A model generated the notes under the pieces. The model worked only from the letters and a program-made list of their open reading frames with translations. It was not told where the DNA came from and did not search any database. The translations under genes and the position numbers were made by a program. Positions 11,399-24,094 of a stretch of 64,000 nt of DNA are shown here, one piece after another (within the stretch, counting starts at the first letter, position 1; each line of letters begins with the position of its first letter). The DNA is from Takakia lepidozioides (Eukaryota > Plantae > Bryophyta), in NCBI GenBank assembly GCA_030704615.1, contig CM060734.1, positions 55,242,001 through 55,306,000 on the forward strand, in the 5' to 3' direction.

Positions 11399-14300
11399 TT
11401 ACAAGAACACAGCACCTGTGGTTGTCACAGGGTCAACGGAACTTGGGAGCACTTTGTATGGATTCAGAATGCCTTTGGGATCCAAGAGGTTTTTAAATCC
11501 AGCCATTAGTTGCATCTGCACCATGCCAGCAACCCTTCAGTTTGCATGTAATAGAATCAATACACTTTTGTTAGGTAAGTTTGACCTCACTTTTCAGAAT
11601 AACAGGCCTCTTTCTTAAGAGTGTGGGAGCCAGGATGAAACCAGCTGTGAGCTTCTGTCCAAGATGTGCTGCAACAAGCGGGCTGCTTGGCTGCTTCCAA
11701 CTGGGCTCCTTGAGGACATACCTGATTGATCAAAACTAGTGTCTTGAGAAGCCTAAGCTAGTGGCTAACCAACTCAGATTTGATTTGAGTCGAAGACAGT
11801 ACCAACTGTCTCTTATATGTATGTAGCTTGGGGAACTTGGCCAGTGAGGCATGAAGCTCCTGTTAAGTTAGCTCACTGAACTAGTACCTCCTGGCTATCC
11901 CCTGACTCAAAAGCAAAGCTATGTCATTGAATGGGTGGGACCTAGTTAGCCATGGTGTTTGTGGCGGAGACTTACTGCTTCTGATGACTTGCTGTAGTGA
12001 AGGGCTTGGGGCTTCATGATTCCCAGCCCATGCTCTGCACTCACACTTCCCTTGCGTGCGGCTGTCCACTCAAAAACAAACGGTTCTATCTTCGCCAGTA
12101 ACTGTGGACACAATTGAAAACAAATCAGGACTCACAACCGTCATTAACAGGCTGCAAATACTTGTCTTAACAAGTAATGGCGCTTTCCCTGCCCAATCAG
12201 ATGCTGATTCATCTGTCTTTCCTACAGCTGACATGAAACACTGTTGTGAGCTTTTCCCAACAAATAAGCCTGTCCAGCCACTGAGAAGAATACATCCAAC
12301 TTTCCTGACATGTGGCTCAAGCAACTAGTCCCAGAGGAAGTGTACTCTGATTCCACGTGATTCTCAACAACTTGTGAGAACCAAAAGAGTGGAAGAATGG
12401 GGGGAATTGACAATTAGCACCTCATCACCGTATTTGGGAGCGGAGATGTTCAAATGAAGATTTCCATCACCCAAGTGGCCATACCCCACCACTATGACCC
12501 CATCCCCTGTGAAACATGCACCAATGGGTATGAATTAGAGAAGCAATAAAGCTGTGTCAGCCATGATATTCAATTACATTAGCTTGTTTGGGGGAAAGAC
12601 TAGAACCAATCATTAGCTTCAGCTGAGGAGTTTTCACTGATTTGAGTTATACCAAAAGACCACAACCACTCTTTGCCAGACTGGCTGATAACTGGGGATA
12701 CTTTCCCAGGTTGCTGCCCTAATTTGGGTCCACTTGGTTATGATGTTTTCTGGCATTCCAAAGTCAAGTGGTCTCCATGTAGTAGTTTGATACCTAGATT
12801 CAGCTCCTCTCCCTCCTGCTGAAGAAACGGAAGGTAAATGAAACAGGAAGACAATGTCTCACCAAGTCGGGCACGTAGGTCCTCGACAATCTGATAGAAG
12901 TCCTTGATAGGTATGGAGAGATCATATTTGTACACTGCCCCTGCCTTTCCAAGAGCCTCTGCAATCCCCTAATAAACATAACTGCAACCTTTCAGTGAAT
13001 GTCAGAGCTGAGCACTGAGCAGAACATACGTTTACCACTGGAGCTTCCAGATAAAGAGATAATTTTGTGTGTGAGACAGAAATTGCCCTTTCATACACAA
13101 TATGTCAGAATCACTGGGCTGACTAATGATGGGGAAATCAGAATTCCAGGTTCCTGAAAGGATCATTGGGGAAGTAGTGGCAGGAGTTCACACCTTGTGA
13201 CCAAATTCCATCCTATAAACTAAAATATGTATTCCACTCAACTTTGGGAAGTTGCCTTGTCAACCACGCATCAGCAGTTCATCTTGACCATTTAATCATT
13301 TCATCTCAGGGTGAACAGCTTGACCACAGTTCCCTAAATCAGGGAATGGACCCATTGGTTGGTAGAATGGACCTGTGGAGGACCGCATCCAAAGGCAGTC
13401 GTACCTCAGCCACTCTTAATTGCTTTGATACTCTATGAGACTTAAGGAGTGAGACCAACCTCCCGTATATGCCAGAAATTGGCAGCCTGTGTGTTGTCTT
13501 GAGCAACAGTACCATCCACTACAAGCCCCTTCTCCATTGCTGCTTCTAAGAAAGCATCCAGCTTCTCTCTGTCATTCATTCCACAATGAATGACAGTCTT
13601 TAGTCTCCTTTGCATCACATCCTGATGAGCGTAAGTTCACCACTCTCAGTCATACAGTTGTTAAACAAAGTGCCATGAAACATGTGATTTCTCTTTAAAC
13701 TTCCTTCCACGCCAGACATAGAAGCAATCCAAGAAAGATGTTTATACGAAACTGCATCATCAAAGGTGCTTTAGACACCATACAGCACCAGTTGCGCAAT
13801 TCAAGAGAGATGGACATTGACTCTGAAGAGCTGCTCACACCATGATGACTTTTGAAATTATTCGCTAGTCTCAACAAATTCAGCATGTGGACGTGTCCAG
13901 ATGAAGTAATGTTACATTTTGTGGCACTTCAGGTGTCATATCAGTTCCCACTATCAGTGATTTTTTTTTCTGGCAAAAAACCGACCTCAAAAAATAAAAT
14001 AGTGTGGCTACCTTTACAAAGTACATTAAGGGGGAAAGAAGGCATTTTTCGCCAAATTCGGACATGGCACGGGGTCTAGTAGCCACCTTGAGGAGGTTTG
14101 GTTCCCCCTATGATCCTTGGTTGCATGGTAAACAAGACCTTAGCTCAATATTTTGACGTGTCGCCAGATTTCGTTTTTTTTCAAGGTGATGTAGCCAGTC
14201 GATTCTACAACCATATAATTTGTCTTGCCATACAAGCATCTTGTTGTGAATTGAAGTCGCCACATGCTACCTAGCCAATTTAAGAATACAACAACACTTC

Positions 14301-17300
14301 TCACTAGTAATGATTCAGACTTTCTGAGTGAGCGTGGGAAAGGATGAAGGCATCATGGAAAATGGAAGTGGACCGACACTATATGAGCACTATGCCAAGG
14401 CCAGTGTAACAAACTTCATTCAGGGAAAAGGTGAGCTGCTTTACTTGTCATGAGCTTGGTTACTCCCGGTGGTCTCGACCAAAAGGTAGAACCTTTGCCT
14501 TGACGCTGGCAGGGGGTCCCGACTGCCCACTAAGTGAGTCAGTGCCTGCCTTCCAAATCCAACCGATCAAAATCAAACATACATGAATCATTATGATACA
14601 CAAATCCTTGTCAATGTTCACATGTAGTGTGACGACATCATGACGACATCTTTTCTCTTTGCAGCACCGTTTTTACTTAAGCCCACTGGCCAATGAAAAC
14701 ACAGTTACCAGAAGGTCAATTATTAAAATAAAATAAATGTAGGTTCATAAAGTAAAATAACTCCTAAAAGTTGACACAAAATCTGAGGCTCTAACTATAA
14801 CAAAAGATAACTCAATGTTCCTGCGTGCAAACAGAATGTCTCCTTGCAAATGCATGCAATAAAACTGAGCCTTCTCCCACAACAAATGTCTAGGAACAGA
14901 ATTACATTGACACAATCAAGAGATATTGAGGTAAGTACACACCATGTCCAAAGCTGGACGATCAATAAATTCAAATGCTGACAGAATCTCGCCGAGCTGG
15001 TTCTTTGCTTCCCGCAGAGTATTCTGGGACCAAACAACCCCAGTTTTCCATGAGCATCCCAAGTCCGGCCCTGACTTGCACTTCCCTTTTATTTTCGCAT
15101 CTGATCATATTTCTATCCCAATTCTCTAGTAACCGTAGAGAACTGCAAAGGGGTTTTACCTGGCAGCTGACAAAGTCTTCGCAAGCGAGAAACGCCAAGT
15201 TCACCGAACCAAGCTTTGGAGGGGTCAATATTGACACCTTTGTCACTACTCCCAGTGTCCCTTCTCCTCCTGTCCTTTTCATGTGAAGCAAACATGTGTC
15301 CATTCTCTCAAAGAAGCAAACTTCAAAGAAAGTTACTAACTAGGACGAGTTTGCTCCTAGGCTCCAAGTAGGTGAAATGGTCCTGTGATTTGGATACTAA
15401 TGGGAGTGGGGCATGGCGCCTACCAATGAACAGTTGCTTAAGGTCGTAACCAGTATTGTCTTTTCTGAGTGATCCCAGCATATCCACCACTGATCCATTT
15501 GCAAGTACAACTTCAAGCCCTGTCACAAATTTACAGCAGAAAGAGGTACACAAACATGTTAGAATACATGTCCATCCACCAACTTGGGTTGGACTATTTT
15601 CCTGATATACATCAAATGTATAATTCATGATATTACATACAGTAAGCATATATGTGTGAGCTGTTGGGATGAAGAGGGTCTGTAAGGTACGAGTGAGACA
15701 GGGAGATAGAAGTACTCCTCAGAGCCCACTTTGTGGCTTAAGCACACCATGCTTGGTATATGACATTCAGCCTGACAGGGCCTTGGCGCTTGTGCACAGC
15801 CAATGATAATCCATTTAGAGGGAGTTGAGTATTATGGGCTGGCATTGACATCACACTAGAAAGTATGAAGTCAAGTTCAGCAGTGCTTCTGAAACCCTCT
15901 GGCTTGCAACAGATACATGTCTGTGGCTGTGGTTGCAGTCACAGTCACACTGTTCAATGAAATGGAGAAAGTGACAGACAGAGAGTTACCAAGGACGTTT
16001 CCATGGAGAGAGCCATATCGAAGAAGGCGCAAGCCCCCCGCATTGGTGGAGACATTGCCACCAATTTGACAGCTTCCTTTTGCCCCCAAGTCTAAGGGCA
16101 TCGTAAACCTTCAAACAGCAGTCGTCCGAGAAAATGAGGGTGGGGGCAAGGGAGAAAGAGATCTAACTGGAAAAAATGTGACCACGCACAAGGCATTTGA
16201 GAATACTTTCCCCTAGAACTATTATGTGCAGTAACTCCAATTTCACTCTCACTGCTAATGCAAGAGACACTTCAGACTCAATGATAGGTTCACCATCAGT
16301 GTAAGGAACCTAAGAAAAAGTTGGCCACAAAGACATGCAATAAAACTCCCAAAGGTGCTCTAATGAGAAATAAGCGTCACAAATTTTAGAACTAAACCCT
16401 AAAAAACGCACCCTTTGTTTCCAACGAAGCCATCAAGAGTTTCAAGAATACAGCCTGCTTCACACACCAGAATCCCGCTAACCTGTTCAGCGAGTATCAG
16501 TTCAATGTTTGGCAGAAATGAAGTCATACGAAGGGCAAGATTTCATCACTATGTTGCAAGTACATCCCTGAACCCTCAGGATCCCTTCTTTAATTTTCTT
16601 CAAACATTTCAATGGTTCCTATTAGAAGGTATTGCTACTATGCATTTCTTCCAGAAGAGCTTCAATTGTTTCCCACCCTTCACTTGCACCCTAACATCAT
16701 TCCCCTTAACTCTGCCCTCCCTATGTTCAATTTGTCTCATCGTGGTTCCCTCCTTTTCTCCAGTTCGCCCCTTACCTCCCTAGATGAACCCCCTAAGGCA
16801 TGCCTTTCAGTAATCTGAAGTATCTCTCTTCTGTACTCAGATAGGGAAGACATTACCACCTAGAAACACCTAAACAAGGTTGCACAGCTTCAAGTGAGTC
16901 ACTTTGAGATGATGACATACCTCGTCAAAAGACATGATAGTGTTCATCGCCCCAAGGTTCAAGATAACCTGCACTTTAAGGTCACATTCATCTGTAAGGA
17001 GCTGACTCCTGAAGTTAAAACCAGGTATATGTGGCCTTCTCAAAATTGAATACACTCGGTTTTCCATGCATTGAGACACTGGCTAGAATTTATGTAAATG
17101 AGGCCACCAAATCAACTAGAACCCTAACAACCATTTCTACAACCACAAGAATGATCTGGACTGGGAGTGGTGCAGGTGAGTGACAAGGAAATCATTTAAA
17201 TCAATCATTACCTCATCAAAAACTGGAACACTGCCACCAACAAGGCCAGTATTACCACCCTGTGGTACAACTGCCAGGCACTTGGAATTACAATACTGGA

Positions 17301-18079
17301 GAATTTCTGATACCTGTCAACCCCAAACCAGGTGTGAAATTAAGTACAATAGAAATATATGAACATAGCCCTCGAAGTTAAAAGATATTCAAATAAGAGT
17401 AAACTGTGTCTTTAGCCTTGCTAAAAGACTTCAGATGAATCTGACTCACAGTTTCCTAGACCAGTTGTTGGATATTTGACCCTCATTACCCTGTGCTGTA
17501 TGTAAACTGCTGCACATAAACTACATGCAGGATCTATGGCCCCTAGATAATGGCAGCCAAAACCTTAGGAACAATTTCATGCCTTACCACTCCTGTAGCA
17601 TTTTCACGTTCATCTGCCTCCGAACCATTCTCAAACACACACAAAGTGATTACTAACCACAGACCCTAACTCTTGTCATCCTCCCCTCGTTGCCCTACCG
17701 CCTGCTGGCCCCAGTTACAGTTTTACAATACCTGTTGGGTATTTTGGGGGCGAAGAAGAAGCTGGCTGTGGCCTTGGTACTTTCCCATCCAATCAATGTT
17801 GGCCACTGCTAACTCATCTTTGTCCACTACTAACCCTTTATCACCCACCATTTGGCGAAAACATGTTATATCTTTCTCTTCAAGCTTTGCAAACCGCACG
17901 TCCCTGACAACTTTCGCTGACCCTGGTAAACTTGCAAAATTTCTTTGTCCATGCTTCATTAACCTTTGAAGCCATGATACTACGTGCCTGTCCTCAAATC
18001 CCTGTAAGACTGGAAGGGAGCATACCGAGAGCCTCGGTATTCTTCTCTCCAGGGCATTCTCTGTGACAAGATTCAACAT
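11399..18079 (-). CDS. D2HGDH: D-2-hydroxyglutarate dehydrogenase, mitochondrial (FAD-linked oxidase), ~14 coding exons
   Basis: Exons encode [126 protein letters not shown] and [14 protein letters not shown] (stop at 11399). The start at ATG 18079 gives a transit-peptide-like N-terminus and is inferred; further 5' exons (e.g. near 19513-19633) are possible. Confidence 0.95.
13954..14298. mobile_element. Possible degraded MITE in a D2HGDH intron
   Basis: Begins cagtgatttt and ends aacaacact (imperfect inverted termini), with repeated internal tcgcca motifs. No clear TSD. Confidence 0.25.
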
Positions 18080-20010
18080 GCAAAGGGTAGAGATTGGATT
18101 ACATGGCAGTGATGGATTGGTTGTGGCGTTTGTGAACAAAATAATAGCTTCAGACACCTGTGAATCTATTTGTATAGATAAAAGAGATACAACATACAAC
18201 CCTGAATATAATATGTAATCCCTGGATAGAATACAGGGCAACCCTGACCTTTGAGTGAGGGGATGATTAAGTGATATCCCAACATACTTGAGGCCCAGAA
18301 TGTTGCTATAGAAGAGTCTTGAAATTTCTCTATGGATTGTATCTCTTGTTACTCCACTCAAATTCTATTCCAGGAGTCATGTCCCAGCCCATCAAAGCCT
18401 CAGTTGCTAGGCTGTGTTGAGACTTGACCTATAGAGAATCTACTTGTAACCATCATGTTGTGGAGACAGTGAAGCCTGGCACCATTGACTCTGGCATGTA
18501 GCCCGGTTGGGTGACACTCATAATGTGTTGTCATAGCTCTCTAACCACATCCTGATGGCATTTTGTGGCTAGGTTATGTAGGATTCAAATACACATGTAT
18601 GTCAAAAATTCATTATCACTCAACCTTGTATACACCAGTCTTGGGCAGATATAGAGTCATCAGGATATCAACAGTAGGATATCAACCCGGATATCAATGC
18701 ATCCGGATCCGAAACGGCATTTTTTAGGATTCTATGTGAGATGTACTCCTTCACTGATCCTGTGAGGGTTGCCTAGGAGACACCCGTGGGAACACGATCC
18801 CCATGCAGCACAGTTGGCCCTCCCCCGGCCAATCCTGGGCTGGAATCCCACAGGGTATAAACTCAGCCCACAATTTCCGTAGTGCTCATGCACAGCCACA
18901 ACAATCTGCTAAGGGGGGGATTTGAGTGATTTGAGAGACATTGTAGCAGAAAGAATGATGTTTTTCCCAGCATTGCACATAGATGTGGCACATGATGTGA
19001 CAGCATTTGCGCTGCCACGGTAGGCCCGCAGGAACTCATATAAAGAGAGAGACACAGACAGACAGAGGAGAGGGGACGGGGTCACCCGAATTTAATTGGA
19101 AAGGAAAAAAATCCATGAAGCATAGTCTGCAAGCATGCTTGCAGTATATTGAACGATTCAACCAGTTACATTCATGTCATTATTGCAGAAACACACTCAG
19201 AATGTGACAGATCCAACTATGTAAACAGGAATACTAACAAAGGCAATTCGAGCAAATCTAGTGTAACCAGCAATCTTAGATGTAATTTCAACGAAATTTG
19301 AAGTTATTTCCACAATGTAGGACCCTGTAACACCAAACATCTCGTCATCTGTGTCTTCATCACCTGCCAGTCTCCTATATCACAAGTATGTCTACTCGAA
19401 ATTGACCTACATAAATTCAATTGAGCTTCCCCCAGCCGCCTACTTCAGACACGGTCTATCTCTTTTTATATCTCTACATCTGCGTTCCATGTCAGTCTGG
19501 TGAGTTGCCTACCTCTAATAGTGTGGAGGCCGCCATCGCCTGCCCCTCTGTCATCATAAAATCCTCCAGAAATCCTGCGTGACACTAGCGCTGCCCTAAT
19601 CCATCCAAACTTGCGTTCACTTGCGATCATCATTGAACCAGCCACAGATTCTGAAGCACGAGTCACAGTTTCTGGGATTGAGAATGCCTGAATATTCGAT
19701 TTTCAAGCTGAAGAAAGAGGCGTGTAGGAAATTGAAATCTATCAAAACCTCGGGAGACACAAACAAAAATTGATAAGCAAAAACTGGTCATAGAGCTCAA
19801 GAATGTCACTAGAATTAAAGAGGGAGGCTGAAGCACGCTCCCCACTGCGTTCCCGAATCTGTTCCCACGCTAATATCGCAGCGGTCAAATGCTGGGATTT
19901 CTGGGAACTGACAATTACGTATAGGGATCTCCAGTTGACGAGAGCACCCATCTGTATTGAAATCTGCTCCACAAATCTTCGTAAATGTTGAGCATCTGGA
20001 TTCTGGGTAG

Positions 20011-20769
20011 ACTCCCTGTCTGCTCCACTCTTGTGGGTTGCATGAAAGGATGTGAAGGATGGAATGGTTGCAACCGGATTCCAGAGCTCAAATACACCAT
20101 TTGTGAAGGCCCAGATCCTCCATTGTTTTCGCCCAAAAGCACCTGGCAGCTGAATTGGGCCTTCTACGATGACAGCACCCGGCTACTGTCGAGGGGCCTT
20201 AGGCGAAGAAGCGTAGCAGAGTTGAGCAGAGAGTACAATGCAGTATTGAGCATGCGAGAGACAGAAGCTCGGTTTGAAGAAGCCGATGCCGGTGACTGTT
20301 GATTAGTGCAAATAGATGTTTGAATATTTGTACCTTCTGCCTCCGGATGGTCCAAGCCGCCACAAGCGGCTTGCATCGCTGCTTTCCTCTTCGTCTTTGC
20401 TCTCTCACAGGCACAGGGATGGCAGCGCTGCTCCCGAGCGGGAACGGAGAGACATACCGAAGGGCCTTGAATTTCCTTGTGATGAACGGACGGGGAAACT
20501 TCACATCCTACAACACGTCAGAGCTTTGGAGGTGAATTGGGTATCCAGCTTTCGCGAGTGATGGCCATGATAGCTCCCCAGTCTGCTTGGATAGCGGAGA
20601 AAGGTATAGACAGACATTCACATATTTGTCGTTTTTCTTTTGGATCTGAAAGTTGCTCTTACGACTCCACTTCATCCTCAACAGGAATGTAATCGACACC
20701 CTTCCTCCTTCTATGGGCTCTTCAGTATCTTTAGTACGAATTTGGTTCCCTCATGCATTATGTACCTAG
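20011..20769 (+). other. Unidentified exon-like segment (3 phase-compatible exons; gene fragment)
   Basis: 20011-20291, 20411-20531 and 20685-20769 join in frame through GT-AG introns. No family recognised and no clear start. Confidence 0.35.
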
Positions 20770-21080
20770 CCTCAAAAATACTCTCGAATTGAGGAGGTAG
20801 ACACCAGGTTTTCCGGAGGTGAGAGCCCTACCAGGGCTCGCAAATAGCAGAAGGAAATGTTCCAACAGGTGCCAGCATTTGGAGTTCACTCCTCAAGTGG
20901 GAGGGGTGATTAGTGATTACCACAATTGTGACATGCATTGCTCTGGCCCCTGTGGAGATGTGCAGTGCAACAATTGCCAGTGCCACTGAGGGATGGATAT
21001 GGGCAGAGTGAAAAATACACATTATCCATTTCCTAAGAGCACTGGACCCTGCCAGTTGTGGAGTTTCTAGCCACCAGGGT

Positions 21081-24000
21081 ATGGAAAACTCAGCCTGCAA
21101 GCGCTGGAGTCCTGTGCTCGGGAAGGCACCCGAGAGAAGGAATGGAATGGAATGGTGCTTTATAGCGTCCGAAGGACGAAAGAAAGAAACTCAGTCTGTG
21201 GGAGGCCAAAAAGAAGATAGAGAGAGAGAGAGCGGGTGGGGTGAAATTACAGAACACGCATACTAGTATTCCTCCCAAAGACTCAGACGATTAGGAGCTG
21301 CTAAAGATCTATGTTTTTGTGGTGGCTACATGCAGGCCACACAATGAGCAGAGATCCGTTCTGGCAGGAGTTCTTCTCAGACCCTTCACAGTGGGACAAC
21401 AGGTTTGATGAGGTGAGGTTAACTTTAAAGTTTGACAAGGAGGGCCTCAGACGGCACTGGGATCATGGTATTTTGTCCACTGGATTCTATGTATCTCTGG
21501 TCGCTTGCATTAATGAGATTTACTCTTTTTGTTGAAAAAGCAGCAAAAGTACACCATGTTTCTTACTATTGCTATCTATACTTTGTCAGAATAGGTTGTT
21601 AGTTGTTGTTGGAAGCTTGGTGCTTTGTTGGTTGGAGCTTGGGTATGGTTGCTACTGAGTTACCCAATGCTCAATTTGACAGAAGAGTCGAAGATCACCA
21701 GACTTCAGACATGAGAACACCAACAAGGGAGTTTGGATTGAGGGTTGGTGGAACTATGGTTGGGTGAGAACAAACCTATCTGCCATGATACGAGGTGGAG
21801 CAAAACCTGCTGATGGATGTACTGTCGATGTACACCATGTTGCTCCTGCCGGAGAATACAACAGGTACTGTCTTAACGACGTTAATGGGCGCGCACTCAA
21901 ACAAGTATAATTGGTACAGCATACTGTCAATGCAGGTGACTGCAGTGGTTTTGTAAGCCTTTAAATACCTAGCAAGGAATGAACATATCGGAGTTAAATG
22001 TACCTAGAAGCTCTGAGTTATCTTATATGAGTCTAAAGGTCTCTAGCTAAGAGTTATAAGTCATGCAGGATATCTCGATTGAGTCTGGTGCAGTCTTTTG
22101 AATCAGGCACCTCCACCATGACCAGTCCTTTGGAAAGAGGACCAAGGGAGAGAGTCAATAGAAACTCTTCAAGCACATCTGGGGATTTGAGGACACTATG
22201 TAAGGCAGGACGACTGAAAGAAGCACTGCACGTTTTGAATCAACGAGGCATTGTGGCAGACTCCAACACTTACGTCCATCTCTTGCAGCAGTGCATCGAC
22301 ATGAAAGGCCTAGCAGAGGGAAAGCAGGTGCATGCACATATTATCCAAAGTGGATTCATGCCAAACATCCTTTTGCTCAACACGCTTGTCAATATGTATG
22401 CCAAGTGCAGGAGCCTGGTGGATGCCCGCCAAGTTTTTGACAAAATGCCTGAACGAGATATGGTTACATGGAATATAATGATAGCAGGATATGCCAAGCA
22501 TAGGTGTGGGAGTGAGGCTTTGGAGATGTATGAGCAAATGATACAGCATGGGGTGAAACCCAACAGGGTGACGTTCATTTGTGTCCTCAAAGCATGTGCC
22601 AGCCTGGTGGCCTTGGAAAAGGGCAGAGAAATCCACACTGACGTGATCAAAGCTGGAATTGTGGCAGATGTCGTTCTGGAGACTGCCCTTGCTGACATGT
22701 ATGCCAAATGTGGGGATATGAAGGATGCACATCAAGTGTTTGACAGTATGGCGGAACGAAATTTGGTCTCATGGAATGTGATGATAGCAGGATATTCTCA
22801 GCATGGGTGTTGTGGGGAGGCCCTCCAACTGTTCGAACAAATGCAACAGGAAGGGTTGAAGCCGAATGTGGTCTCATGGAGTGCAATGATCACAGGATAT
22901 TCTCAGCATGGGTGTGGTAGGGAGGGTTTGGTGATGTACCAGCAAATGATACGGGAAGGGGTGACACCCGACTCTGTCACTTTCATTTGCATGCTCAATG
23001 CATGTGCAAGGCTTGCAGCTCTGGAACGGGGTAAGGAGGTCCATGTTGACATCATGAAAGCTGGAATTAGCCCAGATATCATTCTGGAGACCTCTCTTGT
23101 CAACATGTATGCCAAATGTGGGAGCATGAAGGATGCCCGTCAAGTATTTGACAGTATGACTCAAAAGAATGTGGTCTCGTGGAGCGCTATGATTGCAGGA
23201 TATGCTCAGCATGGATGTGGTGGGGAAGCCCTCCAAGTATTTGAACAAATGCAGCAGGAAGGACTGAAGCCGAACTGTATTACCTTTATAAGTGTTCTCT
23301 ATGCATGTAGCCATTCAGGCCTAGTGGATGAAGGCCGTCACTACTTCACATCCATGAGTAGGGATCATGACCTCACTCCTGCACTCCAGCATTTTGGCTG
23401 CATGGTGGATATTCTTGGTCGGGCAGGACGATTGGATGAGGCGGAGGACCTCATTATCAAAATGCCAATCAAACCAGGTGCTGTGGTATGGAAGGCCTTG
23501 CTTGGTGCTTGTAAAGTTCATCGCAATATGGAGGTAGCAGAGCGTGCGGCAAAATCCCTTCTCAAGTGGGATCCTCAGGACGCTGCAGCTTATGTGCTGC
23601 TATCAAACATCTATGCTGCTGCTGGCAGGTGGGACGATACAGCGAAGGTGAGAAGAATGATGCAGGACAGAGGTGTCAGAAAGGAGCCAGGGCGTAGCTG
23701 CATTGTGCTCGACAACCGGGTGCATACATTCATTGTAGAAGACAAATTGCATCCACAAATAGAGGAGATCCATGCTGAGCTGAAGAGATTGTCCGCACGA
23801 ATGAAGGAGGCTGGCTACGTGCCGGATACGCGCTTCGTGTTGCATGATGTGGAGGAGGAGCAAAAAAAAATTTCACTTTGCCAGCACAGTGAGAAGCTGG
23901 CCATTGCTTTTGGGCTCATCAGCACGCCCCCTGGTACACCTATCCATGTCATGAAGAACCTTCGGGTGTGTGGTGACTGCCATACCGCCACCAAATTCAT

Positions 24001-24094
24001 CTCAAAGATTGTTGGGCGAGCCATTGTTGTACGGGATGCGAACCGCTTTCACCACTTTGAAGATGGGGTTTGTTCCTGTGGGGATTACTGGTGA
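21081..24094 (+). CDS. PLS-class PPR protein with E1-E2-DYW cytidine deaminase domain (organellar C-to-U RNA editing factor) and an N-terminal OSB-like PDF motif
   Basis: Main exon 22069-24094 has L-S-P motifs, P2-L2-S2, E1, E2, a PG box, HSEKLA, CGDCH and CSCGDYW*. Upstream exons 21336-21412 and 21683-21864 splice in phase (0 and 2). An optional first exon 21081-21240 is in phase 1 but has a weak donor; the alternative start is ATG 21344. Confidence 0.93.

Noticed and set aside
18635-18715. Clustered ggatatc motifs resembling MITE subterminal repeats
   Set aside because: No matching second terminus or TSD found.
22155-24024. Antisense ORFs over the PPR gene (and 60665-61567 over the pseudogene)
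   Set aside because: Shadow ORFs of repetitive PPR coding sequence.
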